This document shows positions 13,188 through 26,774 of a stretch of DNA of 64,000 nt, in pieces (position 1 is the first letter of the stretch; every line of letters starts with the position of its first letter). The notes below the pieces were generated by a model. The model made no database searches. It worked only from the letters and a program-made list of their open reading frames with translations, and was not told the origin of the DNA. The stretch is from Hydrolagus colliei. Lineage: Eukaryota. A program made the position numbers and the translations under genes. The stretch is taken from contig CM068751.1 in the NCBI GenBank assembly GCA_035084275.1, positions 2,108,001 through 2,172,000 on the forward strand, written 5' to 3'.

Positions 13188-14567
13188 GTGAGATAATGGG
13201 ATAAGGGAAACCTTTACCACCCACTTCAACCACAGAGCCCTTGAATCTCAACATGTAGTGCTAGATTTTCAGACTATGATAAAATGTTTCCCAACATGCG
13301 TGAAATGTATGCTTCTTGTCTGATAGGATGAAAATACAGTCCTACTGTTGTCTAGTTCTTTCAGTCTTTTACTTTTGTTGGTGAAACTTTTAAGACACTT
13401 GGGTTTGTGTGTAAAATATTCAACTTCTTCAGTTAATGTTGTGTTTTGAACATGCCAGACAGCTTTATTGTGGAAGTGTTTCACAGTCACACTTTTGAGG
13501 GGGTTCAACAGAATCCAGAATCAATATCCTGATCAATCACATTACATATAACTCCTGCTCTAAGTGCTGCTCTCTTTGACTGTATTGTGTAAGATGCTCG
13601 GGTTTTCAGTCTTAAATGTTTAGCCAAATGCTCAAGCCTTTAGACGGTGTGGCCTGGAAACTGACAAGTACAGATCTCACTGTATTAGTTATTGTGGGGC
13701 TCAGCAAATTCAACTACCTAGCAACCAGCATCAGACTCTCAAGTCATGTAATTCCAGAAGAAATAGCGTATGATTTTTGTTATTAATTTGTTAGTAGCTG
13801 CCATAAATTTAGTACAATTCAGTACTGACTGACATACATTCAAAGCCAGCTACAAGTAAATTATAAGGCATGTAGGAGAATGGGGAGAGAATCAGATTAA
13901 CCTTTAAAGCATTGAAGGTTCAATTTGAATAATGATTTGATTTGTGCGCCTCTTGCAATGCTGTTTGAATAAATCCAATTTGTCTTGTGGGGTTCACTGA
14001 TATCACTAAAGACAGTTGTCAGCCTTGCCTTGAAATTGGTGATATGGAACCAGTGAGGGGTAAAAAGATGCTTTTCCTTTCTCCATTGCAATCAAACAAA
14101 CTATAAAGGTTTTAAGAAATGCACAAGTTTCATCATGTTTACCAGGATGAAGTCTAGTTAACAAAATTCAACCTGACAGAATCCAATGTACTGCACTTTT
14201 GGGGGCTGTCAGATTTTCTTTCTAATCTTGTTAGGAAATCAAACAATAGAGTTTCTCGCTACTAGAGGCAATGTAAATCAATTTTTAAAATTTGATCATT
14301 GGGTAGAAAAGAGACCCCAAAAGAATACTGCAGCTTTAATTAATGAGAATGTGTGTGTTTTTGTTAAATAAGAAAACTATAATTTGGTTTTGTAATTAAA
14401 ACTGCTTTAGAACTGACTTCCAAATGGAGTAGAATTTTAAGTATAGAATTGAGACATTGAAGCTATGAAATGCTGGATTAGATTGTTCAATCCGTATCTC
14501 AAAACTAGTGGTATTTATTCCAACTAAATAGATTGAATTTCGTGACTGTGAACTGTAATACATAGTA

Positions 14568-15268
14568 CAGTAAAATCCCATTTATCCGGCACCCGTGGAC
14601 CTGGCCAATGCCGGTTAAAGCACCTGCTGGATATTCGGGCGGCCCACGGTCGAAAACCCACCCCCCAAAAATTAAAGCTCTTTATAACACACACCTTACA
14701 CACCAGACTAAATAATAACAGATAATAACAGAATATTGTTAAAACTACTCTCTTGCGCTTTTCACCTTTACCGATTGAGGTTTACGTTCCAGCGATTCTT
14801 TTTTAATTGGAGGACGCCAAGCGGGTGAAAAAAACGGCAGCGCGATTTTAAAGTTTTGCGATTTTACTAGCTGCAAGCCGATAGCCCGAGACTCTACTAG
14901 CGGCAAACCAAAATACTGCACCTGCGCGACAATGTGGGTTAATGGCTAGTGTTATCGGCTTGCCGCTAGTATGACATTAAAGTCTCGCTCCGTTTTTTTT
15001 CACGAATCGCTGGACTAGAAACCTCAACCACAGAATCATGGTTTCAAGTGCAGCATCTACTAGTGAAGGTGAGAAGCGCAAGAGAGTAGTTTTAACAATA
15101 AGTACCAATACAATATTCTGTTATTATGTGATTATTTATGCATTTACAAATGCTCCACCGCTATTGTTCTGGATAAGTTCTGGTTTATCGAATGGGGACT
15201 TGTTTTTTGGCGTGCCGGGTATATGGAAGTGCCAGTTCATCGAGTCACGGATAAATGGGCTTCTGCTG
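14568..15268 (+). mobile_element. pogo/Tigger-type internally deleted DNA transposon with transposase N-terminal remnant
   Basis: TA|CAGTAAAATCCCATTTATCC ... GGATAAATGGGCTTCTGCTG|TA; 15038-15100 encodes MVSSAASTSEGEKRKRVVLTI. Confidence 0.85.
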
Positions 15269-15804
15269 TACATGGCTCGCTATAGCAATTGGTGCTTGGA
15301 CATGTAATATACACCGCACTTGACTGCATAACCATTGTAGTAAAATTATTCCCACAACTGTCAGAAGTGGGATTTCAGTGAAAGGACTGCAAATGAGTGG
15401 GGAGGGTGAATGTATCTCAATTGTTGACAATTTTGATGGTGGATCCTGGATTCCATGCCTTAATTTTTGTATTGTTTTATCAATTATAAACAACAAAATT
15501 AGAATTATCAAGGGTGATTGGGTTGCCAAATGAATAGTTATAGTGGGATATGAGTAACTTTCAAGTTACATGCTATAAGACAACCTCAGCGTTGGATTTA
15601 TATCTTGCTGGATTTATGCCCCATATTTGTTGCAATAGTGTCAACAATTTTGAGTTTCCTTATTAAATTGCTTATTAGGTACTGCTTACTTGCATTTTTA
15701 GTCATATCCTGTGAAGATGAAGACACACAATCTTGTGGATGCCGCGGCTGGCTGAATGCAGTGCGTTGAGGAAATCTTATTATCTCTATTATTATTCCTT
15801 ACAG

Positions 15805-15980
15805 GTATCTCCCGGAAGTGATGTCAGATGGACTTGCCAACCAGATTAATAATCCAGAGGTTGAAGTTGACATTACCAAACCGGATATGACAATTCGCCA
15901 GCAAATTATGCAGCTACGAATAATGACTAGTCGCCTGCGGAACGCTTACCATGGCAATGACATTGACTTCCAGGATACAA
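15805..15980 (+). CDS. GPC1: Glypican-1 exon (human exon 8 equivalent), 176 bp
   Basis: acag|G...ACAA|gtgagt; [58 protein letters not shown], near-identical to vertebrate GPC1 and the main basis for the paralog call. Confidence 0.96.
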
Positions 15981-16501
15981 GTGAGTATTGCTGCTGAGTC
16001 CTTTCCTGTGTTTTCTAGTCTTGGTCCGATACTTCACTTATTGAGGAAACAAAAACTGTTAATTGGTGTCACCCAGTTATGCTATCCTTGGGTCAATATA
16101 CTGTACCGGTCAGATCTGTTACTGAGGATTTTTGTCTCTTCATTTCCTTGACAGTCTTCTTTTTCCTTTACTGCTCCTTTATCCCATTTTCCTCTTCTTT
16201 CTCCTACTCTTCTCTTAAACCCTTGTCTCTTCTGTTTTGTTCTCTATCCAGTTATCTTCCACCTTGTTGTGTTGTCCAAAGCTTCCCGTAGATTTTGCTT
16301 CTGCCTTCTTTTGCCTTTACCTATTTTCTCCCTTGATGCTATTGGGAAAGGATTAATTAGGATAACAATTTAATCCAAATTAATTCCTTTTACTTCGACT
16401 CTTGTAGTAGTGCTATTTAATGAAGCAACGCCAGATACTGCTATAGTTTAATGCTGTGAATGGCACTGCTGTTTTCTTAAGAGATCCAAAATCTTCAACA
16501 G

Positions 16502-16719
16502 GTGATGACAGCAGCGGATCTGGAAGTGGCGATGGCTGTTCAGAAAATCCTTGCAGCAGGAAACGATCCTTCAATGCCGCCACGAGGGAGCCGCTCTTGT
16601 ACGCCAAACCAAAGCTCATCGGGAGGAACTCCAGTAACTCTAGCATCAGCATCTCCTTATATTCTACCTTCTTGCACCTCTTGTCCTTGGCCCTTGCTGT
16701 GCAATATTTCTGGCGGTAA
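16502..16719 (+). CDS. GPC1: Glypican-1 last coding exon: heparan-sulfate attachment region and GPI signal
   Basis: acag|GT GAT GAC; (S)DDSSGSGSGDGC, three Ser-Gly at 16513-16530 after acidic residues; hydrophobic tail STFLHLLSLALAVQYFWR then TAA. Confidence 0.94.
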
Positions 16720-19700
16720 TTCTTCACGGCCCGTGGAGGCGAGAGAGACTACGGCAAGGGGTCTGAAATCTTTGCCAAAAATGGACAAATGTTTTGTTTA
16801 TCTTGCAGAAAAAAATCTAATATTTGGCTGTTTGTAAATTCTGGATTTGCTGGAGACGATTACTTTGGATCTTTTGTGCACTGGGCCCCTCTCTGATGTT
16901 AAGGTGCCTCTTGTCTGTATTCCTTGATACTGATTTTGCCAGTTGTGACCCCTCATTGTTCAGATACCTGTGCTTCCACACACAGCACAGTCACAACGGC
17001 CCACCAATGGGCTAGGGGTTCATGTGGATTGAGCGTTATGAAGAAATTTAAAGAGTTTCCGGCTACGTTAATTTTAAAAATCACAGCTAATGTATTCTAA
17101 ATAAGTCCATGCACATTAGTGGCATTGGGATGCCAAGTTTTTTTAAATTGAGATTTTATTTGTTAAGAACATTCTTGATACTTTGATAATTAGATAATTG
17201 CAGAGTACCAATCCGCTGTCATTTTTCCAGGGTATTTAACCATATTTTTCCAAACGAGACATTCCAATGGTCTTAACCTATGGAATATGATATAACGGTA
17301 CGATTATCTATTTGATATTTCACTATCTCAATGATGTATCTATTCATTTATAAGGCATTTATTTAACAGAAAACTAGACAGCTTCAGATTTTACACTATT
17401 GAACTTCTGACTTTCTGCAGAGTTGGAAACTCATGGTACCTAGGAAAGCTGCATGCCACTTCTACTGCAGTACAGACTCAGATTGGTGAACTGTTTGGTG
17501 TATGAGAGGATCAGTTGGTGGCTTTCAATCCTCACCAGGATTTATTTTGTTTTAAATAAATTCTGATCAGATGGTGCTGTCAATTAAATACTAGTCTTTC
17601 ACTGATGGGATTTGGTTTGAATCGAGTCCAGGCTGATAGGTTGCAAATTACGTTCTGATGGGTTGTAAGTCACTTCCTGTTGGTAACTTTTAACCACAGT
17701 ACCTACTTGGCTCACAGCACAGAACTGCCCTTGCTTTGGCACTAAATTGGTCTGACTGACCTAGAAAGGCCACAGGTTGGCTGGTGATGGAAATGGAAAG
17801 TGTCCCATTCGTATACTGGGAGATGCTCTTCTGTCTGCTGAGGGTATTTTGGGGTGGGGGGGGGGGGGGGGGGGTGGGGGAGTAGAGGGAATTATTCCAC
17901 ACTGTTAGAGCGGAACAGTGAGTTTATCTCTGCATTCATCAGTGGCTAACTTTACCTGGCTGTGCTTGAACCTAGTTTTCTGACAAACATATCCCAGACC
18001 ATAAAATTCACTTTTTTTTAAAAGAAAATGTTTTATTGAAATGTGTGTTTAGTTTAGTTCTGGCGTTCTAGATGGTGCAGAGGTAGATTCTTCTTGTTCT
18101 TTCTGTGGTGACATTTGTGAGTGACCCGTGGGCAGAAGCACTTCTAAGAGACCATTAACAAATCGTAAAAGGGTTGTAGGTACGATTTCTTATTTGTGAC
18201 AGACAGAAAGCTGGCCTGAAGGGAGGTACTTTGCAGCAACCTGCCAGACATGAAGGCAGCCAGTAAAAATCTATTGAGTACTTTTGGCTACACAAGAGAC
18301 TGATGGGTAGAACACCCTTATGCTGTCTAATTTCTCAATCTTCCACTTGCGTAACGTGCTTGTGCAGAAAATATGCCTGTGGAGGGGGGAAGGAAATATC
18401 CCACAGTTCTAATGCTTCTATTGTAAGTTTTTCATGCCATCAATTAAATGTAAGCAGCATTATTGCATAATAAGCCATGGCTGTTATTCTAAGATGCTAG
18501 CGGAATATAGCAAGGACATCACTCAACCTATTGTGATTGAGGGAATTTTGTGGAGGTGAGGGGTGTCGCGACTGCCTTAGTGCTATAATGTTTTTTTGGG
18601 GGGTGGGGGGGGAATAAAAATGTTTTGAATGATGTGGTGTGCTCAACAAGGTGTTTGGTGAAGGGGAGCTAAGCTGTGGCTTGGAGCATTAATAAACTTC
18701 TGTTCAGCCACCCAGCTTCCCCTAGCTTGGGTATGTTGTTTGTGAGAAATAATTCCTGTTCTTGATGATGTTTGGTGTTTGGACTTTACTACTATGGGGG
18801 GAATGGGGTGGGGGGTGGGTGGGATGGGGGGAGAGGGGAAGGAAGGTATTCCTTTATGTAAAATAAGCTGCGGAAAATGCTTTCTGACCTCCATTTCATA
18901 CCTCTCCTGTCATTCCCTTTCTGATATCATATTAGCCTTTTTTTTAAAGAAACAAAATACCTCAAAGAATTTGATTTTAGTTTTTCTTCAACAGTTTCAT
19001 TTCTCCCTTTCACACCTTACCCCTGCTCCCACCCTTTCCCCATTCATAACATAAGACATCAAGCATTCTTAATAAAGTATTGGAATTGGTAATAATGGTC
19101 TGGCCAGACATCAGTTAGTTCCTCATGAGAGATCTAAGGGCTCTTAGAGTCCAATTTAACCTTCCCACCAATACCACTGTGCCCATCTTACCTCATTTTA
19201 GAGGAATCGCCTTTAGGTGATTTACTCAGAGGCTCAGTTATGTCTCAGCCTTTTTAAAAACAAACGTAACATGTACTTACTTAATTTCCCACTGTTATCA
19301 GCATATTAAGTAAAAGAAAATAACTGTTAATCACAACAAATCTCATTTTGAAGGAGATTGTTTTTTTAACCAAATCAGGATTTAATGATGGATTGGCACA
19401 GTATTGGAAAGAATGGAAGGTGCTCACAATGTAGAAGGGTAACTCGGAATAAATGTAAGGTTCTGACAGATGTATAATTGTTTTGAACTATTGATGGTCA
19501 TGGCTTCTCTTACTCCGGAGAGACCTCTGTACATTTAATGTACAAACCGTGGTATTGTTAGGTTTACCCTTTAAATTTACTTGATTTAGTCAAGAATTCA
19601 ATCCAGTTACTCTGCTGTCAGACCTTTTCTGATGTACCCAACCGTAAATGACGCATTAAAACTGTTCCCATTTTACTATGTACAGCCATAAAGTAATGGT

Positions 19701-20608
19701 GAAGCATCTGGTTATTGTTTGTTTTTAAACTTTTTTGTTTCATCCTCTTAAAGAAATGTTAAGTGTGTCTTGCACTGCCTGAACCTCTAACAGAATTAAT
19801 ATTTGGGACCACACTGGATTTGGAGGCTGGAAACCTAGCCTTGTTGTTGTACTTTATTTTGGTGCTTTCTTTCTCTCCCTCTTTATCCTATTACCCCCAC
19901 CAACCCCACCGCCCCTTATTTTCACTATTTTCTGGAGGTTGGATTAGTCCTGTTGTTACGCACTCACATTGCTTCCATAATGTGCTTTCTCTATGAATGG
20001 CAGCTCAGCAGGAGCACAACAAAGATGTAGAGATAGTGATATTGTGTCTGAGAATACAACACCTAGATAAGGAACTTCTCTGAAAAGTCCCTGCTTCTGC
20101 CCGTATCGTTGCCAGCTTTCATGTGAGCTCTCAGCTCACCCATGCAGTCCAACGATGCCAATTTTCACCCACGCAGTAGAGGAAATCCAGACTCTGAAAA
20201 TAGTCTCATTTCTTGAGTGTGAATCCTTTGTGTATGTACATTTGCAACTATGCTCTTGTTTCTGTTTGCCAGAGATTCTGCAGTGTTAATGAAGACATTC
20301 CCAGCAGCAGTAAGCAGTCTCAGTATTTCAGAATGATCTCTGCATAAAATCTGCATCATTCTTGTTCCCACCCTTCTCATCTTTATCCACACTTCCCCCT
20401 CTCTTATTCACTTTTTCTGTTTGTCCCTCTCTGTCACTCAACTTGTTTGGTGACTAAATCTCTTTTCTCTTCATTTTAATTATTTACTCTTACCTTGACT
20501 GCCCACTTCTATTTCGAGTACATGTGTGTCTCTGTTTCTCTCTCCCTGTGTATCGACTTTATGGAATGTGAATATTGTACCAAATCTATTAGGAACATAT
20601 CCACATTT

Positions 20609-20614
20609 AATAAA
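20609..20614 (+). promoter_or_regulatory. Candidate polyadenylation signal
   Basis: AATAAA with upstream TGTA elements and a downstream T-rich tract. Confidence 0.45.
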
Positions 20615-22619
20615 ATTAATCATTTGTATACAGTTGAACAGTTTAATTTAAAAAAAGTTGCTTTGTTCCCTATCTATCTCTCACAGTTAACATGCATCCA
20701 CTTGGGAGTTCAGAGATGGACAGATCACAGGTCCAATGAGCTATCCAAGCAATTGAGACATACTTTGTGAGTCTCAAACTTCAGTTTGGAGCAACTGATG
20801 AGAATCTAGGAGGAGTCAGTTATTTTCATTATTTTCAGTTGCAGGTCACATGGCTGTGAGTGCTGAGAGTAGGGAAAATTTTTGTTTCCTTTTTCCCCTT
20901 CATCCAAAAATGCTTTTTGTTAGCCTCCCATCTTGAAAATGCTGACACTCGATGGGTACAAACCCATAACTGCCAAATCTGTCCACTCTTCATTTATTGG
21001 ACCACAAGAGGAGCATTGCAGTTGAGCTTGATCTGTCCTCACTTTTGCGCCCACAAACCACACATTAATTGACAAACGTTCCAGTGGGAGTCAATGGACA
21101 GAGATCAGAAGTAGGAACTAACTTTACTTCCTCCTCCACATCACCATCCCTCACCACTAAATTGAGGGCTTTCATTGCCTGAGATCAACTGACTATCTAT
21201 GGGGACATATTATGTTGGGTTATCCGGGACATATTTATTGCTCCTCAGCAAATGTTTTACAGATGTGGCATAGCAACAGCAAATCTATACTTCTGAAAAT
21301 ATGCAAAATAAGATGAATTATTCCTCTCCCACCCACACCTTTCCTTCCCTTGTTAGTTGATCACTGTAACCTGATATTTTTAGATCCTTTCTGTATTCTT
21401 CCTGTTCAGAGACAAAAAAAAATTGTGGGTGGGGGTGGTTGAGGCGGGAGACAAAATATACACTGAACCAAGATTTTGCAGAGGGAGGGGAGTTATTCCT
21501 GAAGTGTTCAATGCCTCCATTGTTTGTGGTCAGTTTTGAGAAATGATGTTGGAGAGGGGAAGGAAATTCTCGCAAGTTGACAGTGAAGTGACTGTTTGGT
21601 CGTTCTGATAAAAGCAGCGTGTGACTCACTGGGGCCTTTTGGCTGAGTTTTCTATTTTTTTTGGGGTGGGGGGTGGGCAGTCAATTCTTAGCTGTGGAGA
21701 GGGGTGACCTTTAACAAACGGTATCCAAGCTATAACCTTGTATGTGTGCTGTATTTACTGGGTCTTTGTGGTTGGTTTATCATCATTTTGATCAGGGAGG
21801 GTGAAGCGATGGGATGTGTGCCACGTTCTCCATAGTGTTCTCTTCCTATTCACAACAGGGAGGAGGGAGTTGAAGGATGAACCATGTCCAGGCCAGAGAT
21901 GCTTTGGAAACTACGTTCCTTCTCACCTCTGTATTAGACATCTCAACTCACTACATTGCTACCATCTCTCTCCACGTTGTACCTTGTTGCCCCCCACTAC
22001 TCGAACACCAAAAATGTTGAGTTTGTGGGGAGCGGAAGGAGCAAGAGAAGGAAACAGGGAAAAACAGAAAAGGCAGCAGAATTTCTCTTATGATGATGTG
22101 GCCTTATGTTCGTGTGATGCAATGTGTCTCAGCTTCGAATTGAAATCAATTTGACAAACGCTCTTTGAAATCAGTAGACCGAGAACTGTGGGCTTTTTCC
22201 AGTATTGTCGTTGTTTGTGGCGTCACCAAACCAACATGAACATTGGGCATCAGGGATCACAATTTTCCCAATTTTCTTCCTCCTGTCTTTTTCCCCACGC
22301 CACGCCACGCCACGATTGAGTCAACGCTCTGACTCTCCAGCTCGCCTCATGGAGTGAACTGAAGCTAAAATGCCCCTCATGAGTCATACAATGCCTTTTT
22401 AATTCAAAGAATGTATTAAATGTCAAACTGGTGGTCTCCCGTTAATTTTAATGTTAATTTCTTTTACTGGACTGCTTGCTCTCGATAACTTCCGAGACTA
22501 AAAGGTTTGGAACTGAGTGTCGTCACTTCTTTTTGTGTTTTTTTTGTTGCTTAAAAATAACAAAAAAAAGTTACACAATCACTTGTTTACTACATGTTTG
22601 ATTTGAAAGCTTTTAAAAA

Positions 22620-22625
22620 AATAAA
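22620..22625 (+). promoter_or_regulatory. Candidate distal polyadenylation signal
   Basis: AATAAA followed by GT-rich TGTGGTTTGTGT; repeat density rises soon afterwards. Confidence 0.4.
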
Positions 22626-23806
22626 GAGAACGTTTTGAGACATGTGGTTTGTGTATATTTTCAAATATGTTGATGTGAAAGTTGTAGCTGCTGTCCTCCC
22701 AATTTTCTCAATCCTAGGACAACCGGTTCCATGAATGCTCTTTGGATTCTGTGCATTGTCCAAGGCCATTCGTCTCATGTGGTTGATTAACAGTGAGTTC
22801 CAGTCTGTGGGCTGTTGGACTTTGGGTGGGGAGGGGAATGTTGGAATCCAACTAGTCCTCTGTGGGGGTCTCAGCAGTCCAGTTCATGAGTGAGACGTGT
22901 CTGAAGTATTGCAGGGCACTGCCAGCCTGGCTCATCAGCAGGACCTAGAAGGGCAGATCACTGCAGGCAGGGAATCATCCCACTCAGCTCCTGTTATCCC
23001 TCAAGTGATAGCCCTAACAGGTAAAATGATTCCAACTGGACAAGCAGCTGGAAAGTTTCCACACAGCAATACCATTTAGCTGCTGAATTTCGCCCATAAA
23101 ATATACAGCTAATTCACTTCAAAGTATATTCTGTGAAGTGCTTTGAGAGATGTCTCGAAGATGTGATAAGGCACTGTAACAACTGCAAGGATTATATATA
23201 TATATATGTTTTTTAATATATATATATTTTATAATATATATATGAAAGCTATTGAGGATTGCCCCCAACACACACTCTGGTCCCCAAACCTTGGCTCTTA
23301 CCTGTGCCTAATACTTTCCGGAATTAGATAAGTAAGATGTCTCTCCAGGGAGAGCGTGCATTCCATTCCAACAATCTATCTCTGGGATTTCTATGTGTAG
23401 GTGGGATGAAATTAAATCTCAGCTTGACTTTGATACCCTTAAGCATGGAGATGGATTTCTGCATGTGTCAGAACCTGGCTTGACAATTTTGTTTTCTTTT
23501 AACCAGATTTTCCTCATTTTTATCCAAACTAAAGGAGGATTGCAAGACACACAGGTTTTTTAAATGCTGAGTCCACGTGGATATTATAAAATGATTCTAA
23601 CTAATATGCAGGTAAGTACATGATTGTCTCAAATTCTAAATACGGTAATGAGTGTTGTTAAACAGAGAAATCTAGTCATTAAGAACTAAAGTGACTTTTA
23701 GTACTGGACCAAAGCTCCTGTTGTAACTGAGCAACAGCAAATACGAAGGGGGATTTCGATTTTCTGTCATGAAGATGGGAAACCTGATGTATATTGAAAT
23801 GATGTC

Positions 23807-24048
23807 CTGTAGATCATTGGTTAGAGCACTTGCCTCACAAGTGAGAAAACTGGATTCAATTCCTGGCAGTGCAAGTTCCCTAACTCCACATGCCTGATAA
23901 TAATTCCTCAATAAAAAGCAGTAATAAATTGGTCACTTCAATCCTCGCCTATTTGTGGGATACTGGCTGCCACGTTTCACCCACAAACTACACAGTCAAT
24001 TCACAGTATATTCTGTGAAGCGCTTTGAGACATCTAGAAGACACGTGG
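23807..24048 (+). mobile_element. tRNA-derived SINE
   Basis: A/B-box-like head (TGGTTAGAGC...GGATTCAATTCC) and family body. Confidence 0.8.
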
Positions 24049-24207
24049 ATTTTTGATACGTATATGTCCAAGGTTCCAGTGGGACTGTGCCACAACAGTT
24101 TCAAAATGCCAGTTTTGTAGATCTACAAATCAAGGTACTTGGTGCATTGCAACACTTCCAAGTCTCTAACAATTTGGAAATGTATTGAGTATGTTACTCA
24201 AAAAACC

Positions 24208-26774
24208 AAATGTATCTGGTTAGAGATAAGGAATAAAAAAGGAGCAGTTACACTGTTAGAGGTATACAATAGACCACCAAATAGTGGGAAGGAGATAGAA
24301 GAGCAGATCTGAAAGCGGATTTCGGAAAGATGCAAAGCCAATAGAGTAGTGATAATTATCCCACCATCGACTGGCAGAATAGGCAGGATGGAGAAGAATT
24401 CCTGAAATGTGTACTTTCTTGATCAGTATGTTGCCAGTCCAACAAGGAAGGAAGCAGTGTTGGATCTAGTTTTGGGGAATGAGGTGGGGCAAGTACAACA
24501 GGTTTCTGTAGATGTCTGTTGGACACCTAGGAAATAGCTATCACAATGTAATTAGATTCAGAGTAATTATGGAAAGGGATAAGGAACACTCAAAGGTGAA
24601 AACACTCAACTGGAAGAAGGCTAATTTCAGTGAGTTAAAACAGGACCTAGGCGAGGTGGACTGAAAAGAACAATTGGCAGGTAAAACAACTAACGAGCAG
24701 TGGGCAATCTTCAAGGAAGATTCGGGCACAGGTCAAAAACATTCCAACAAAGATAAAATGTAGGTCATCCAAACCTCCCTGGATGACTAGGGCAATGGGG
24801 GTTAAAATAAAGCAAAAAAGGGAGGCATATGACAAGTATCAGGCCCAAGATATAGAGGTCAACCAAGCAGAATATAGGAAGTGCAGGAGAGAACTGAAAA
24901 AGGAAATTAGAGGGGCAAAAAGACTACATGAGAAATAATTAGCAGGTAACATTAAAGGGAACCCTAACATATTTTACAAACATATTAAGAGAAAAAGATT
25001 GGTCAAGGGTAGGGTGGAGCCAATTAGGCGCCAAGGAGGAAATCTTACTGTGGAGGCAGAGGGCATGGCTGATGCACTGAATGAGTACTTTCCCCTGTCT
25101 TCACAAGAGAAGAGGATGCAGCTAATGCTACAGTACTGGAGGAGAGTGTACAGGAAATGGATAGGATTAGTATAAACAGAGATGAAGTACTAAAAAGGTT
25201 GATGGTGCTCAAGGTAGATAAGTTGCCCGGTCCGGATGGGATACATCCTAGGTTACTAAGGGAAGTACGGGAGCAAATAGCAGAGACTCAATCTTTCAAT
25301 CTTCCTTGGCAGAGGGGTGGTGCCAGGGGACTGGAGGGTTGCTAATGTTACTCCCTTGTATAAAAAGGGGCAGAAGGACAAACCTGGAAAGTATAGGCTA
25401 GTCAGTCTAATGTCAGTAGTGGGCAAACATCTAGTCTGTAATCAGGGACAAGATAGATCTTCATTGAGAAAGATATAGGCTAATAAAGGACAGACAGCAT
25501 GGATTTGGGAAAGGCAAATTTTGCCTTACAAATCTGATAGAATTTTTCAATCAGTTAATGGAATGGGTGGACGAGGGCAGCACAGTTGATGTAGTTTACA
25601 TGGACTTTCAAAAGGCATTCGACAAAAGTGCCGCATGAGAGGCTTATTAGGAAAGTAGAGGCCCACGGCGTTAAAGGGACAGTGGCAGCGTGGATCCACA
25701 ACTGGCTGTGAGACAGAAAGCAGAGAGTTGTGGTGAGCAGCTGTTTTTCAGACTGGAAGGAAGTGTATAGTGGTGTCCCCCAGGGATCGGTTTTGAGACC
25801 ATTGCTCTTTTTAATATATATTAATGATCTGGACTTGGGTGTAGGGAACACAGTTTCCAAGTTTGCAGATGATACTAATTTAGGAAGAATAGTAAATAGT
25901 GAGGAGGATAGTAACCATCTGCAAGTAGATATAGATAAAATGGTAAAGTGGGCAGACACATGGCAGATGAAGTTTAATGCAGAGAAGTATGAGGTGATAC
26001 ATTTTGGGAGAAGAAATAAGGGGAGGCAATATAGGCTAGATAGTACAATTTTAGGGGATGTGAGGGAACAGAGAGACCTGGGAATTTGTGTGAGTGACTC
26101 TTTGAAGGTGGCAGGATAGGTAGACAAAGCCGTTAAGAAAGCATAAGGGATACTAGGCTTTATAAATAGGGGTATAGAGTACAAAAGTTGGGAAGTGCTG
26201 ACTAACCTCTCTAAAACTTTGGTTAGGCCTCAGCTGGAATACTGTGTTCAATTCTGGTCACCACACTATAGAAAGGATGTTAAGTCATTGGAAAGGGTGC
26301 AAAGAAGGTTTACTACAATGGTACCAGGATTGAGGGACTTCAATTATGGAGAAAGGCTAGATAGGCCTAGATAGGTTTATTCTCTCTAGAACAGAGAAGG
26401 TTGAGAGGAGACCTAATAGAGATTTATAAAATCATGAGGGGATTCGACAGATTGAATAAGGAAAAACTGTTTCCACTGGTGGGCGAATCTGTAACTCATG
26501 GTCAGATTTAAAATAGTTTCAAAACGAAGCAGAGGGGAGCTGAGGAGAAATGTTTTCACTCAGCGGGTTGTCCGAATCTGGAATGCATTGCCTGAAAAGA
26601 TGGTGGAGGCCGATTCGATAGCAGCTTTTAAAAGAGAATTAGATCTTTATTTAGGGAGAACAGGTCTGTTAGGTTATGGGGAGAGAGCTGGGCAGTGCTC
26701 TTTTCAAAGAGCCAGCACAGACTAGATGGGCCGAATGGCCTCCTTTTGTGCTGTAAAATTCTATGTTTCTATGC
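24208..26774 (+). mobile_element. CR1 LINE, about 2.6 kb, disrupted ORF2 (endonuclease C-terminus to RT) plus 3' UTR
   Basis: IWLEIRNKKG...YNRPPNS, PGPDGIHPRLLRE, SGVPQGSVL, KFADDT; multiple stops and frameshifts; TTCTATG tail repeats. Confidence 0.92.

Larger units (their letters stand above)
16720..22650 (+). other. GPC1: Putative long GPC1 3' UTR
   Basis: No young L2/CR1/SINE insertions; AU/U-rich; AATAAA at 19071, 20609 and 22620. True end not determinable from sequence. Confidence 0.45.

Noticed and set aside
8255-16719. Assignment as GPC4, GPC6 or GPC2
   Set aside because: EWRNLIDS and [26 protein letters not shown] match GPC1 best as I recall the paralog sequences
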